NCBI GenBank assembly: GCA_965216755.1
Contig: CBDCGL010000011.1
Coordinates: 96,001-160,000, forward strand
Length of the DNA: 64,000 bases
Source of the DNA: Alphaproteobacteria bacterium
Lineage (GTDB): Bacteria > Pseudomonadota > Alphaproteobacteria > UBA7887
Reading direction: 5' to 3'
Under the pieces are notes generated by a model. That model did not search any database and was not told where the DNA came from. It saw only the letters and a program-made list of their open reading frames with translations. Shown piece after piece: positions 20,218 to 30,276 of the stretch (within the stretch, counting starts at the first letter, position 1; each line of letters starts with the position of its first letter). Made by a program: the position numbers and the translations under genes.

Positions 20218-20480
20218 TAATTTCCTCCCTAAGCGACCGCCTGTGTCGCTGGTCGCGGAATTTTTCGAACGCTATCACAGGATTCGACGTGGGGCGATCC
20301 CCAGTGCGGTCGGAGAATGGGGATTTTGCACTGCAACGTAAGCCCATTATGTCGCGCGAGAGCCTCGCCGACCTCTCGCTTGTGGCCCCTACCAGCCGAG
20401 TTGCCTAAACTATGCGATGAACTTTGACCAGCGTTGCCGGCTTGCCGCCGTGCGAGCTAGCGCATTTGAGGAAGATCAAG

Positions 20481-23400
20481 ATGGATGGCGACCTTCTGCC
20501 GGAAGTGACCTTAGACGACAAATACAGCCTGACGAGTGGCTGGGTATTTATCTCGGGCACGCAGGCCCTGGTGCGCCTTCCGCTTATGCAAAAGCAACGG
20601 GATCGCGCAAAAGGCCTCAATACAGGTGGGTTTATTTCCGGTTATCGCGGGTCGCCGCTAGGAGGCTACGACGCGGCTCTGTGGCAGGCGTCCAAACATC
20701 TGGCCGCACACGACATCGTTTTTCGGCCCGGATTGAATGAGGATTCGGCCGCAACGGCGGTGTGGGGCACTCAGCAACTGAATTTTCTGCCTGGTGCCAA
20801 ATTCGATGGCGTGTTTTCCATTTGGTATGGAAAAGGACCCGGTGTCGATCGATCCGGCGATCCGCTCAAGCACGCCAACTATCAGGGCACGCACGCGCAG
20901 GGCGGTGTGTTGGTGGTGTGTGGCGACGACCACCCCGGAAAATCGTCAAGTGTCGCACATCAATCCGAGCCGGCGCTTGCGGCGCACGGAATTCCTATTC
21001 TGTATCCGGCAACTGTTCAAGAATATCTGGATCTGGGGATCTATGGATTTGCGCTGTCGCGCTTTGCCGGAACGTTGGTCGGGTTCAAATGCGTCAACGA
21101 GACGCTGACAACCACCGCCACGGTCTTGGTCGACCAGAATCGCGCGCCTGTGGTCGAACCTGACAATGTGCCGGATCCGGTCGGTTCGGTACATGCGCGG
21201 CCTGAATACGACCCACCCGGCCAGGATGCGCGGTTGGTGCGTTATAAATTGCCGCGCGCCCAGGCTTTCGTGCGTGCCAATGGGTTGGATCGACCCGTGT
21301 TCGGCTCCGAATGCCCGACCAAATTGGGGATCGTCACCGCGGGCAAGGCATACCTTGATACTATGGCGGCGCTTCGTTTGCTGGGTATCGATGAGACTGC
21401 GGCAGAGCGCCTGGGCATTGGGGTCTATAAGGTGGCAATGGTATGGCCGCTTGAACCGACCGGCCTTGCCGCGTTTGCTGAGAAGTGCGACGAGCTGTTG
21501 TTCGTAGAGGAAAAGAAGCCGATCTTGGAAGATCAAGGCAAGATCGGGCTATACGGCCGACCAGGCGCGCCGCGAATTGTTGGCAAGCAGGATACGGACG
21601 GCTCAGTACTATTGCCCGCCGACGTAAATATCGATGGCACGTCCGTGGCAGTGGCTTTGGCACGGCGCCTCGAGGCGCTCAACATCTTGGCAGGGGATCA
21701 CGCCGCCCGCGCGGAATCACTGGTTGCAAGTTCGCAGAAATCATTGCCGGCCATCGCCGGCGAGATTGCGCGTACGCCGTATTTTTGCTCCGGTTGCCCG
21801 CACAACACATCGACCAAATTGCCCGACGGCTCGGCCGCTTTTGGCGGTATCGGCTGCCACGGCATGGCGATTCTCATGAACCGCAATACGCTGCCTGTAA
21901 CGCACATGGGCGGTGAGGGTGTCACATGGACAGGGATCGCACCATTTACGAAGACACCGCATGTTTTCCAGAATCTTGGCGACGGCACGTACACGCATTC
22001 CGGGTCTCTTGGCATTCGCGCTGCAGTTCAATCAGGCGCCAACATCACTTTCAAAATCCTGCGCAATGACGCTGTCGCGATGACCGGAGGCCAGCCCCTC
22101 GAAAACGGGTTCACCGCCGGGCGAATGGCGCGCCAGGTTTTGGATGAAGGTGTCCACCGCGTGGCTATTGTGTCAGATGCGCCAGAGACGATCACTGGCA
22201 TCGCCGACGTGCCGAATGGGGTCACGATCCATCATCGCGACGAGTTGGATGCCGTTCAGCGGACAATGCGCGACATTCCCGGTGCAACGGCAATCATTTA
22301 CGAACAAACCTGTGCCGCCGAAAAGCGCCGGCGACGCAAGCGCCAGCGCTACCCTGACCCGCCAAAACGCGTTTTGATCAACTCACTGGTTTGCGAAGGC
22401 TGTGGCGATTGTTCGGATCAAGCCAACTGTGTTTCGATTCATCCGGTTGAAACGACACTTGGCCGCAAGCGCAAGATTGATCAATCGAGTTGCAACAAGG
22501 ACTACTCATGTGTCAAAGGCTTCTGTCCTTCGTTCGTCACAGTGCACGGGGGGCACTTGCGGCCGCCTGACGCCAAACAACTGCCCGATGGGATTTTCGC
22601 CGACCTGCCTGAGCCCTTGGCGGCATCTCTCGATGATGACTGGAGCGCATTGGTCACGGGAGTTGGAGGCAGTGGCGTCGTGACCGTGGGCGCCGTACTA
22701 GGCATGGCCGCGCACCTGATGGGAAATGGCGCTTCGATCTTTGACATGACCGGGCTCAGTCAAAAAAATGGCGCGGTTTACAGCCATTTGCGCATCAGCA
22801 AGAATCCTGGAGCCGTGCTCAATGCTGAAGTCGACGTCGCCGGCGCTGATTTGGTCTTGGGCTGCGATACACTTGCTGCGACGGCGCCGGTCGCGTTGCG
22901 TGCGATGGGTCATGATCACACGCACGTGGTCTTAAATCTAAATGTAACACCGCCGCCGAGCTTTCAGGAACGTCGTGATCTGAACGTTGACGGTCGGTTG
23001 CTGGCCAAAGGTATCAGCGAACATGTCGGCCGGGACCGGACGCACGACCTTGATGCGACAGAAGTTGCTTTGGCACTGACGGGCAACACTATTGCGACCA
23101 ATATCATTATGGTCGGTTACGCTCTACAAAAGGGGCTACTACCCGTCTCTTTGTCGGCATTGGAGCGCGCTATCGAGCTCAACGGTGTCGCCGTGCCGTT
23201 CAATTTGCGCGCCTTGCGGATCGGCCGATTGTTGGTGGCGCGGCCCGAAGCTGTTGTCGCCCTGATGAGTGGTCAAGATACCTCCGAAGGATCAGACGCT
23301 CTGTCGACCATGGTGGAGGAGAGGGTTCGGTTCCTGACCGGATATCAGGACGCGGCTTACGCGAATATCTATCGTGAGGTCGTCGAGGCGGCGCAACGCG

Positions 23401-23966
23401 CAGAAGACAACATCGGCATGACCGATCAAGGCTTCGCCGAGGCTGTCGCGCGCTACGCCTTCAAGGTGATGGCCTACAAAGACGAGTATGAAGTGGCCCG
23501 CTTGTTTACGGATGACTCATTTGCTCGCCAACTGCAGGAGACATTTGCCGGGCCCTATAAGCTGCGATTTTACTTGGCGCCGCCCTTGTTGTCGCGTCCC
23601 GATCCGATAACGGGCAAAGCGGCAAAGCGGGAGTTCGGGCCTTGGATGATGTCCGTCTTCAAAGTGCTCGCGCGGCTCAAAGGATTGCGTGGCACGCCAT
23701 TTGACGTTTTCGGTCGGACGGCGGAGCGCAAAGCGGAGCGCGCCTTGTGCGATCAGTATCTGGAGGACGTACGCGCGCTTTCAGCAACTTTGTCGCCCGA
23801 CAACTATGAGTCCGCCCGGGCCTTGGCTAAGCTGCCGGAAGAGATCCGAGGCTTCGGCCACGTTAAGGCCGCTGCAATTAGTGCCGCCGCGGAAGCACGT
23901 GTCACGCTTGTCAACCAGGCTTCGCGGTCCGCAATTGACCCTGCGCATCATGTCGCCGCCGAATAG
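20481..23966 (+). CDS. fused indolepyruvate:ferredoxin oxidoreductase family protein
   Basis: SGYRGSPLGG, RTPYFCSGCPH, TPP motif GDGTYTHSG, CEGCGDC Fe-S motif, GLSQKNG, MAYKDEYEVAR, IRGFGHVK. Confidence 0.93.
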   Translation: MDGDLLPEVTLDDKYSLTSGWVFISGTQALVRLPLMQKQRDRAKGLNTGGFISGYRGSPLGGYDAALWQASKHLAAHDIVFRPGLNEDSAATAVWGTQQLNFLPGAKFDGVFSIWYGKGPGVDRSGDPLKHANYQGTHAQGGVLVVCGDDHPGKSSSVAHQSEPALAAHGIPILYPATVQEYLDLGIYGFALSRFAGTLVGFKCVNETLTTTATVLVDQNRAPVVEPDNVPDPVGSVHARPEYDPPGQDARLVRYKLPRAQAFVRANGLDRPVFGSECPTKLGIVTAGKAYLDTMAALRLLGIDETAAERLGIGVYKVAMVWPLEPTGLAAFAEKCDELLFVEEKKPILEDQGKIGLYGRPGAPRIVGKQDTDGSVLLPADVNIDGTSVAVALARRLEALNILAGDHAARAESLVASSQKSLPAIAGEIARTPYFCSGCPHNTSTKLPDGSAAFGGIGCHGMAILMNRNTLPVTHMGGEGVTWTGIAPFTKTPHVFQNLGDGTYTHSGSLGIRAAVQSGANITFKILRNDAVAMTGGQPLENGFTAGRMARQVLDEGVHRVAIVSDAPETITGIADVPNGVTIHHRDELDAVQRTMRDIPGATAIIYEQTCAAEKRRRRKRQRYPDPPKRVLINSLVCEGCGDCSDQANCVSIHPVETTLGRKRKIDQSSCNKDYSCVKGFCPSFVTVHGGHLRPPDAKQLPDGIFADLPEPLAASLDDDWSALVTGVGGSGVVTVGAVLGMAAHLMGNGASIFDMTGLSQKNGAVYSHLRISKNPGAVLNAEVDVAGADLVLGCDTLAATAPVALRAMGHDHTHVVLNLNVTPPPSFQERRDLNVDGRLLAKGISEHVGRDRTHDLDATEVALALTGNTIATNIIMVGYALQKGLLPVSLSALERAIELNGVAVPFNLRALRIGRLLVARPEAVVALMSGQDTSEGSDALSTMVEERVRFLTGYQDAAYANIYREVVEAAQRAEDNIGMTDQGFAEAVARYAFKVMAYKDEYEVARLFTDDSFARQLQETFAGPYKLRFYLAPPLLSRPDPITGKAAKREFGPWMMSVFKVLARLKGLRGTPFDVFGRTAERKAERALCDQYLEDVRALSATLSPDNYESARALAKLPEEIRGFGHVKAAAISAAAEARVTLVNQASRSAIDPAHHVAAE

Positions 23967-24015
23967 ACATGTGGTAATCTGATCAACCAAATCCATAGCC
24001 GAAGGTGACGGCACA

Positions 24016-25581
24016 ATGTATTTGACCCAGGGATTAAAGCGTGCTGTGCAGGTGCGCGGCAATGAAATCGCGACTCTGGATGGCACGCGTATTCGCACCT
24101 GGCGCGAGTGTTGCGAGCGTGTCGCCAAGCTGGCCGGCGCGTTGCACGCGCTCGATGTGCGCGATGGTGAGCGTGCCGCCGTTCTTGCTCTGAATAGCGA
24201 CCGCTATTTGGAGTTTCTCTACGCGACCGCGTGGTCTGGCGGCGTGTTCGTGCCAGTCAATACGCGTCTCGCGCCGCCGGAGATCGCTTTTTGGCTAAAT
24301 GACAGCGAAACCAGTGTTTTGTTCGTCGACGAGACATTTGCTGGCGTTGCATCGTCACTTACCCAAGAGGGTAAGATTCCGAGCGTCAAGCATGTCGTCT
24401 ATATGAGCGATGGCTCTATACCCGCTGGCATGCTGGGCTACGAGGACATTCTGGCGACAGCCACGCCCGCCGAGGATGCTGACAAAGGCTATGAGGATTT
24501 GGCCGGCATATTCTATACCGGCGGTACAACCGGTCGATCAAAAGGCGTCATGCTCAGCCATCGCAACTTGGTCTTCAATGCGTTCAATTGCATAGCGACG
24601 ATCAAGTTCGGCCCTGAATCGCGTTGGTTGCATGCAGCACCGATGTTTCACATTGCCGACATTACAGGTGCGTTCGGCATCACGCAGGTCGCGGGTTGTC
24701 ACATATTTATCCCGGGCTTCACGCCTGACGGTGTGCTGGAGGCTATCGAGAAGCATCAGATTACCGAGACCATCTTGGTGCCAACCATGTGCAACATGGT
24801 GGTCAATAGTCCTGATATTGCCAAGTATGACCTATCAACGCTCAGATACATCGTCTATGGAGCGTCACCGATGCCTGAGGCGGTCATTGTCAAGGCGATG
24901 GAAGTATTGCCGAATTGCCAGTTTCTTCACGCCTATGGCCAAACCGAATGTGCCCCCTTGGTGACGATATGTGGGCCACAATATCATGTTGTCGAGGGGC
25001 CTAACGCGTTTAAGTTTAGGTCGGTGGGGCATTCCGTGCCCGGCGTCGAAGTGCGGATCGTCGATGAATGCGACAAGGAAGTGCCGCGTGGCACGATCGG
25101 TGAGATTGCTGTGCGCGGTGCCAATGTCATGCTTGGCTATTGGCGACAATCGGACCTCACCGACGCAGCACTACGCGGCGGTTGGATGCACTCGGGCGAC
25201 GGTGGTTTCATGGATGATGGCGGTTTCATCTATGTGGTCGACCGCATGAAGGATATGATTATTTCCGGTGGCGAGAACGTATACTCCGCCGAAGTAGAGA
25301 ACGCGATCTATCAGCATCCGGATGTTGTTGAGTGCGCTGTTATCGGCGTGCCCGATGACAAATGGGGCGAGCGTGTGCACGCGATCGTGCGTTTGAGAGA
25401 CGGCGCCAAACGTAACCCGACAGCGCTGATTGCGCATAGCCACGAGTTGATAGCGGGGTTCAAATGTCCGCGCAGTATTGAGTTTCGGGATGACCCGATG
25501 CCGTTATCTGGCGCCGGCAAGATTTTGAAGACCGAACTGCGTAAGCCGTATTGGGCGGGGTACGAGAAACAAGTTAGCTGA
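24016..25581 (+). CDS. acyl-CoA synthetase (long-chain fatty acid/aryl-CoA ligase family)
   Basis: YTGGTTGRSKG AMP-binding motif, YGQTE, DRMKDMIISGGENVY, GKILK. Confidence 0.93.
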   Translation: MYLTQGLKRAVQVRGNEIATLDGTRIRTWRECCERVAKLAGALHALDVRDGERAAVLALNSDRYLEFLYATAWSGGVFVPVNTRLAPPEIAFWLNDSETSVLFVDETFAGVASSLTQEGKIPSVKHVVYMSDGSIPAGMLGYEDILATATPAEDADKGYEDLAGIFYTGGTTGRSKGVMLSHRNLVFNAFNCIATIKFGPESRWLHAAPMFHIADITGAFGITQVAGCHIFIPGFTPDGVLEAIEKHQITETILVPTMCNMVVNSPDIAKYDLSTLRYIVYGASPMPEAVIVKAMEVLPNCQFLHAYGQTECAPLVTICGPQYHVVEGPNAFKFRSVGHSVPGVEVRIVDECDKEVPRGTIGEIAVRGANVMLGYWRQSDLTDAALRGGWMHSGDGGFMDDGGFIYVVDRMKDMIISGGENVYSAEVENAIYQHPDVVECAVIGVPDDKWGERVHAIVRLRDGAKRNPTALIAHSHELIAGFKCPRSIEFRDDPMPLSGAGKILKTELRKPYWAGYEKQVS

Positions 25582-25590
25582 GGCCTCAGC

Positions 25591-26262
25591 GTGCTGACTC
25601 GTGATGCGATCCGGAACGGCCATGTACGGCGCATGATCATGGAGTCTGGTGTCCGCACCGGACTTCTCGACGATGATCAACTCGAACACTCACGTCAGTG
25701 CGCCCTGGATCGCGTTCCCATTGGTCGCGCGGTCTGGGTTTTCGGCTACGGTTCGCTCATCTGGAATCCGGCGTTTCAATACGAAACTAAGCAGTTGGCA
25801 TCGATACACGGCTACCATCGTCAGTTTTGTTTGTGGACCCATGCAGGGCGCGGTACCGAAACACGTCCGGGATTGATGCTGGCACTCGATCTTGGAGGAT
25901 CTTGCCGTGGCCAGCTGTTTCGAATTGCGCCAAATTCGGTTGAGGAAGAGACACGCGTGTTATGGGCGCGCGAAATGTTGGCGGGCTCATACTGTCCGCG
26001 ATGGGTGCGGGCACGCACCGCTGGTGGCGTTGTTGACGCACTGACATTCATAATCAATCGACGTCATACCCGATACGCGGGTCGGCTTCCAATGGCGATG
26101 GTCGCCCGCACGTTGGCAACGGCGCGCGGTGCCATTGGGACAAACGTGGATTACCTCAATTCGACAATTGCGCATTTGAGGGAACTGGGGATCCGCGATC
26201 GAAGCCTTGAGGCACTATACCGCGAGATCAGCGTTTTACTTAAAAACACCGCGGCCCGATAA
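25591..26262 (+). CDS. chaC: glutathione-specific gamma-glutamylcyclotransferase ChaC
   Basis: WVFGYGSLIWNP, RGT..RPGL.LAL, REM. Confidence 0.88.
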   Translation: MLTRDAIRNGHVRRMIMESGVRTGLLDDDQLEHSRQCALDRVPIGRAVWVFGYGSLIWNPAFQYETKQLASIHGYHRQFCLWTHAGRGTETRPGLMLALDLGGSCRGQLFRIAPNSVEEETRVLWAREMLAGSYCPRWVRARTAGGVVDALTFIINRRHTRYAGRLPMAMVARTLATARGAIGTNVDYLNSTIAHLRELGIRDRSLEALYREISVLLKNTAAR

Positions 26263-26276
26263 CACCGAATGTCTTT

Positions 26277-27302
26277 CTAAAGCCCGGCCTTGGCCAACAA
26301 ACTCTGGAGTGCCGGATCGATCTTGGGCGCATTTGCTTGAATGAATTTCAACAAATGGCGTTCGTTAGCGTCAATATCGCCGTCGCGAAGGACTTGAACG
26401 GCCAACCATTGGGCTTCGGCATGATCGATGGATTCGCGCGCGAAGGCCTCGTGCATTTGCGCATCTTCGCGGTCTTTTTGAACACGTGCCCGTTCGGTGC
26501 CGAAGATATCAAGATCTTGTGTGGCGCCTTTGAACGGTACGTTCAAGCGGGCGAAGGATTGAACCACGCGACGCAAGAACTCGCCGACGCTGCGGCGATC
26601 TTTGAGCCACGTGGCGCGGCGCTGTTCAGCTTCCGCGGTCGGCACAGCCGGAGCGCCACGTGGAAACATCAAGTAGTTAGCTATGGATTTGGCGAACAAG
26701 TCTTGCCACGAGCTGGCGTTGTCTTGGTCCTTGGTCGCATCATTGAGGTCAAAAAGCATTTCGGCTTCCTGGCGCGTGACCGTAAAACCACCGGCGCCAC
26801 CTGGCGCGTACAAGACTTTTCTCATAATCTCCACATCCGCCGGTGTAATCACGGCGGGCGGGCGATTCTCTCCATAGCATGCTTGAGACGGTGTGAGTAT
26901 GCTGTCTTGCACGGCGCGCAGTGTGAGCAGCGCCAAACTCTCGGGACATAACGCGGCCCACCGCAATATGTTCAGCAGCAGTTCAAGTTCGCTCAGACTA
27001 TCAACGTGTCCGTCATGTTGAATCTGTTGAATGAGGGCCGTCGCAAGCTCTTCCGAGACATATCCGCGCGGTGTTGTTTGCCACACAAAGTAGTCGGTCA
27101 GGGCATCGACGTAGAATTGGGGCCACATGTCGTCCTTGATCGGGCAGGCGTGATCCATGCGGAAAACTGCCTTCATTTCCGCTGCTGAGACGACTCCATC
27201 GGGAAACACCGTTTGCCGGAGGGCACCGACATCGTCGTGGCTAATTTCACCCTTGTCACAAATGCGTTCGACCAGATTGTCCAGAACAGCGAGTTCGGTC
27301 AT
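26277..27302 (-). CDS. hypothetical helical protein with repeated EF-hand/TerB-like acidic loops
   Basis: Long clean ORF with repeated DGx[IV][SD]xxE motifs (DGVVSAAE, DGHVDSLSE, DGDIDANE). Confidence 0.65.
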   Translation of the reverse strand: MTELAVLDNLVERICDKGEISHDDVGALRQTVFPDGVVSAAEMKAVFRMDHACPIKDDMWPQFYVDALTDYFVWQTTPRGYVSEELATALIQQIQHDGHVDSLSELELLLNILRWAALCPESLALLTLRAVQDSILTPSQACYGENRPPAVITPADVEIMRKVLYAPGGAGGFTVTRQEAEMLFDLNDATKDQDNASSWQDLFAKSIANYLMFPRGAPAVPTAEAEQRRATWLKDRRSVGEFLRRVVQSFARLNVPFKGATQDLDIFGTERARVQKDREDAQMHEAFARESIDHAEAQWLAVQVLRDGDIDANERHLLKFIQANAPKIDPALQSLLAKAGL

Positions 27303-27380
27303 GGGAAAACCCGTCTTTCGTGGGATGGTAGGGAACCGCGACAGAGCGTCCTCTTAAAGTCCTAACAATGCACTAATGTT

Positions 27381-29609
27381 CTATATTTGTTCCAAATGAA
27401 ACGGTTGTCCCAACCGGAAATCCACCGATCGCGGCTGGATTTGCGCAAAACCGCCATCATGGGCCAATGGACTTGCATTTTTGTCGCGGTGCTTGCGGAG
27501 CGCAGCGAGTGGGGGACAAGATTGCGCGTCGTAATAAAGGACCTGGCAATCTAAGCAATAGAAGCATTCGGTCATGTTGATCCGGCCATTCGGCTCGATG
27601 GCGTCGATCGGGCATCGTCTTTCACACAGCCGACAGGGAGCGCCACATTCGGTTCGGCGTACAAGTGGTGACAGGATGCGTAAACGGCCCGCAAGGGCGA
27701 GCAATGCGCCAAGTGGGCAAATATATCGGCAAAACAGTCGCTCTATGAACAGTCCGGCCGTGAGCAGCGCAACAGCGTAAAAGACATATGGCCAAGACCT
27801 ATCGAACTTTGCTGTCATGACCGTCTTGAACGGTTCAATTTCGGTTGCTGTTAGAGCGTGCGGTAGTGAATAGACGGCTAGGGCAAGTATTATTGCTGCG
27901 ATGGCGTACTTGGCGAGCCAAAGCCGGCGCTGGACGGCATGTGGAACTCTAAACTGCGGCACGCGAAGGCCGACTGCTATTTTGTTGAGAATTTCTTGAA
28001 CGGCGCCAAACGGACAAAGCCAACCGCAGAACACACCACGCCCCCAAAGCACGAGTGTAATGGCGACATAAATCGATAGAATCAACAGCAGCGGGTCAAG
28101 AAGTACCGTTGTCCAATCGAGTCCGAGAACAAGTACGCGCGCATAGTTTATGACCGTCACGATCGTCAGCTGCCCGCCCGCCAGCCATCCCAGCCACACC
28201 ACTGTCATGAGCAACACACCATAGCGCACGACGATGCGGCCCGTTTCCGTGCGGCTAATGCGTGATTGAAAAAGAATGGCCAGGGAAACTGCCGTGAGCA
28301 ATGCGCCGAGCGCGCCAAGTTGCCAGCCCATGCCGATCCAAGTGAGTTGCCAGTCGCTCAACGTACTCTCGCGCAGCAAGCCGAAAGCGACAAAGCGTGG
28401 TGTTTTGAAACCTGCCTCTTCAAGCGCGTAGTCACTGCCGTCGACATGTTCCGCCGGGATGCGATAGGGCAGGCTGAAGTTGACTCGGCGGCGTGGGCCG
28501 TCCGGCTGTGCCATCTCATTCAGGCTGAATTGCAGGGCCCAAGGTTGCGTGGCGTCGAAGTCCAAGCGCGGCGGCAAGCTGAAGCGGGCGACCGCGTCGG
28601 TTTTCGGCGCCTCGTCGATCACAAGCTGCGATAGGCGACCGTAGTGCGACGGTAGCAAGCGTATCGATTTGTCATTCTGAACGATATCGATGGTGGTGTT
28701 CGATGGCTCTGGCCATTTTTCGACAGGTATCGCACGTCGGTCACCCTGCACGGCAATTATGATATGTTGCATGCGCGGGTTCGCACTTTGCAGCATTTTC
28801 CGATAGGCTGTTTGACCGGCGAGATTGGCCCCAATTGTCGGCGGTGTCGCGAGGGCTCCGTAGATCGTTAGGAATACCTCATCGTCGGCGCCCATGTTGA
28901 TTTCGGGTTTGGCAGCTGGCCCAAGTTGCCGCGCAAATTCATCACGAATGTCGCGATAGGTTAGGTTCAGCTGGCGCACCGATCCGTCGGCGACAAGGTC
29001 AGGCCAGGCGCGCTCCATGAAATCGAAGCGATCGACAGACAAGCCGCCGGAGTCATCGTCGATGATACGTTTTTCATAGCCGACTAAGATCGCAGCATTG
29101 GCGACGGCGCTCGCCATCGCCTTGGCGCTGACGGTGGCGCCGGATAAACCGTCAATCTGCCGCGGCACAGGCTGACGCATGGCACGTATGTCGGCGCCGT
29201 GGAGCCGGCCCAGAAATGAATCGATACGCGATAATGAGACAATGCCGTCGGCGATCATCGGCTCGTGTTCTTCCAACGTACGATGACCGACGATAATGCC
29301 GTCAGTGTCGAGGCCGATGACGATATCAAACGATGCGCCGAAGAAGCCGCCGGGACGCACGGTTTCGTGAGTTGAGAACAGGTACCCGATGACGTTTCCG
29401 GCGGCAATCACAGGCGCGATCGGCGGGTCGCCGGAGACGGTGCCAATGCTGTCGGCGGCTGGAAACAGATTTTTGATTAGGCCTGGCGATAGCCGAGTAT
29501 CCAACGGATCGTTCATTTCCGCGTGCGCGGCCGCTAGCGATCCGAGGTATATGCAGAAAAGGACGATGGCGGCGACGGAACGATAGTATGCATACTGCAA
29601 TAATGGCAT
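27381..29609 (-). CDS. NosR/NirI-family membrane protein (FMN-binding periplasmic domain, CxxxCP motifs, C-terminal 4Fe-4S)
   Basis: EEHEP, flavinylation motif DGLSGAT, RGVFCGWLCPFG, EPFK, FCRYICPLG, CGAPCRLCERRCP, CFYCLDCQ. Confidence 0.85.
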   Translation of the reverse strand: MPLLQYAYYRSVAAIVLFCIYLGSLAAAHAEMNDPLDTRLSPGLIKNLFPAADSIGTVSGDPPIAPVIAAGNVIGYLFSTHETVRPGGFFGASFDIVIGLDTDGIIVGHRTLEEHEPMIADGIVSLSRIDSFLGRLHGADIRAMRQPVPRQIDGLSGATVSAKAMASAVANAAILVGYEKRIIDDDSGGLSVDRFDFMERAWPDLVADGSVRQLNLTYRDIRDEFARQLGPAAKPEINMGADDEVFLTIYGALATPPTIGANLAGQTAYRKMLQSANPRMQHIIIAVQGDRRAIPVEKWPEPSNTTIDIVQNDKSIRLLPSHYGRLSQLVIDEAPKTDAVARFSLPPRLDFDATQPWALQFSLNEMAQPDGPRRRVNFSLPYRIPAEHVDGSDYALEEAGFKTPRFVAFGLLRESTLSDWQLTWIGMGWQLGALGALLTAVSLAILFQSRISRTETGRIVVRYGVLLMTVVWLGWLAGGQLTIVTVINYARVLVLGLDWTTVLLDPLLLILSIYVAITLVLWGRGVFCGWLCPFGAVQEILNKIAVGLRVPQFRVPHAVQRRLWLAKYAIAAIILALAVYSLPHALTATEIEPFKTVMTAKFDRSWPYVFYAVALLTAGLFIERLFCRYICPLGALLALAGRLRILSPLVRRTECGAPCRLCERRCPIDAIEPNGRINMTECFYCLDCQVLYYDAQSCPPLAALRKHRDKNASPLAHDGGFAQIQPRSVDFRLGQPFHLEQI

Positions 29610-29613
29610 TAGG

Positions 29614-30132
29614 CTAGCCGGACCGAATGCCGGACCCAACCGACGCTTGCTGGTTTGCGCCAGAACGCTCCATCGTTTCCCCGCTCTTTCCCACAACGGC
29701 GAGATTTTCTTTCAATTTCAGCAAGGCATCAATGAGTGTGTCTCTTTGCCGTTCGGAAAAACCGTCGAACGCTTGTGCATAAAGATCCATCGCCGGTCCA
29801 CGCATTGCTGCGAGGACTTGATCCGCACCGGGGGCCGTGAAAACGCGTTTGATGCGCCGATCGTCGCCGTCAGGGTGGCGCTCTATCCAGCCCTTTGCCT
29901 CCAGTCGATCGAGCAAGCCACCCAATGTGACTTTGCCGACATCCATCACCTCTGCGAGGGCAGATTGGGTTAAGCCCTGATCACGGTAGACAAAAGCCAG
30001 AACTTGCCATTGGGAACGCGTGATGCCGAGGGAGGCAACGCGGCGATCGAATGATTTGCGCATCAGGCGCGACGTATCATGCAAAAGAAACCCAATATTG
30101 CGTTCAAGACTCTCTGATTGATTTCTTGCCAT
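29614..30132 (-). CDS. MarR/SlyA family transcriptional regulator
   Basis: LGITRSQWQVL, QSALA, LDRLEAKGWIER, DRR. Confidence 0.92.
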   Translation of the reverse strand: MARNQSESLERNIGFLLHDTSRLMRKSFDRRVASLGITRSQWQVLAFVYRDQGLTQSALAEVMDVGKVTLGGLLDRLEAKGWIERHPDGDDRRIKRVFTAPGADQVLAAMRGPAMDLYAQAFDGFSERQRDTLIDALLKLKENLAVVGKSGETMERSGANQQASVGSGIRSG

Positions 30133-30149
30133 AGGCCAGCGTAACATAT

Positions 30150-30180
30150 CGTACGCATGCGTACAAAACGCATGCGTACG
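30150..30180. promoter_or_regulatory. double-palindromic operator candidate between the divergent marR and MMPL genes
   Basis: CGTACGCATGCGT-acaaa-ACGCATGCGTACG: perfect 13-bp inverted repeat, each arm containing the palindrome ACGCATGCGT. Confidence 0.65.
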
Positions 30181-30276
30181 ACCGCTACGGCGCTTCGGCA
30201 TCCAGCATGCCCCGGTTTTCGGGCAGGTAGGCGATTGAACAAGGATCCACTCTCGCGATCCGAAGGGGGAGGAGCT

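Noticed and set aside
27381-29609. Calling the gene nosR and inferring N2O respiration
   Set aside because: No nosZDFYL genes in the window; family membership alone does not show that function
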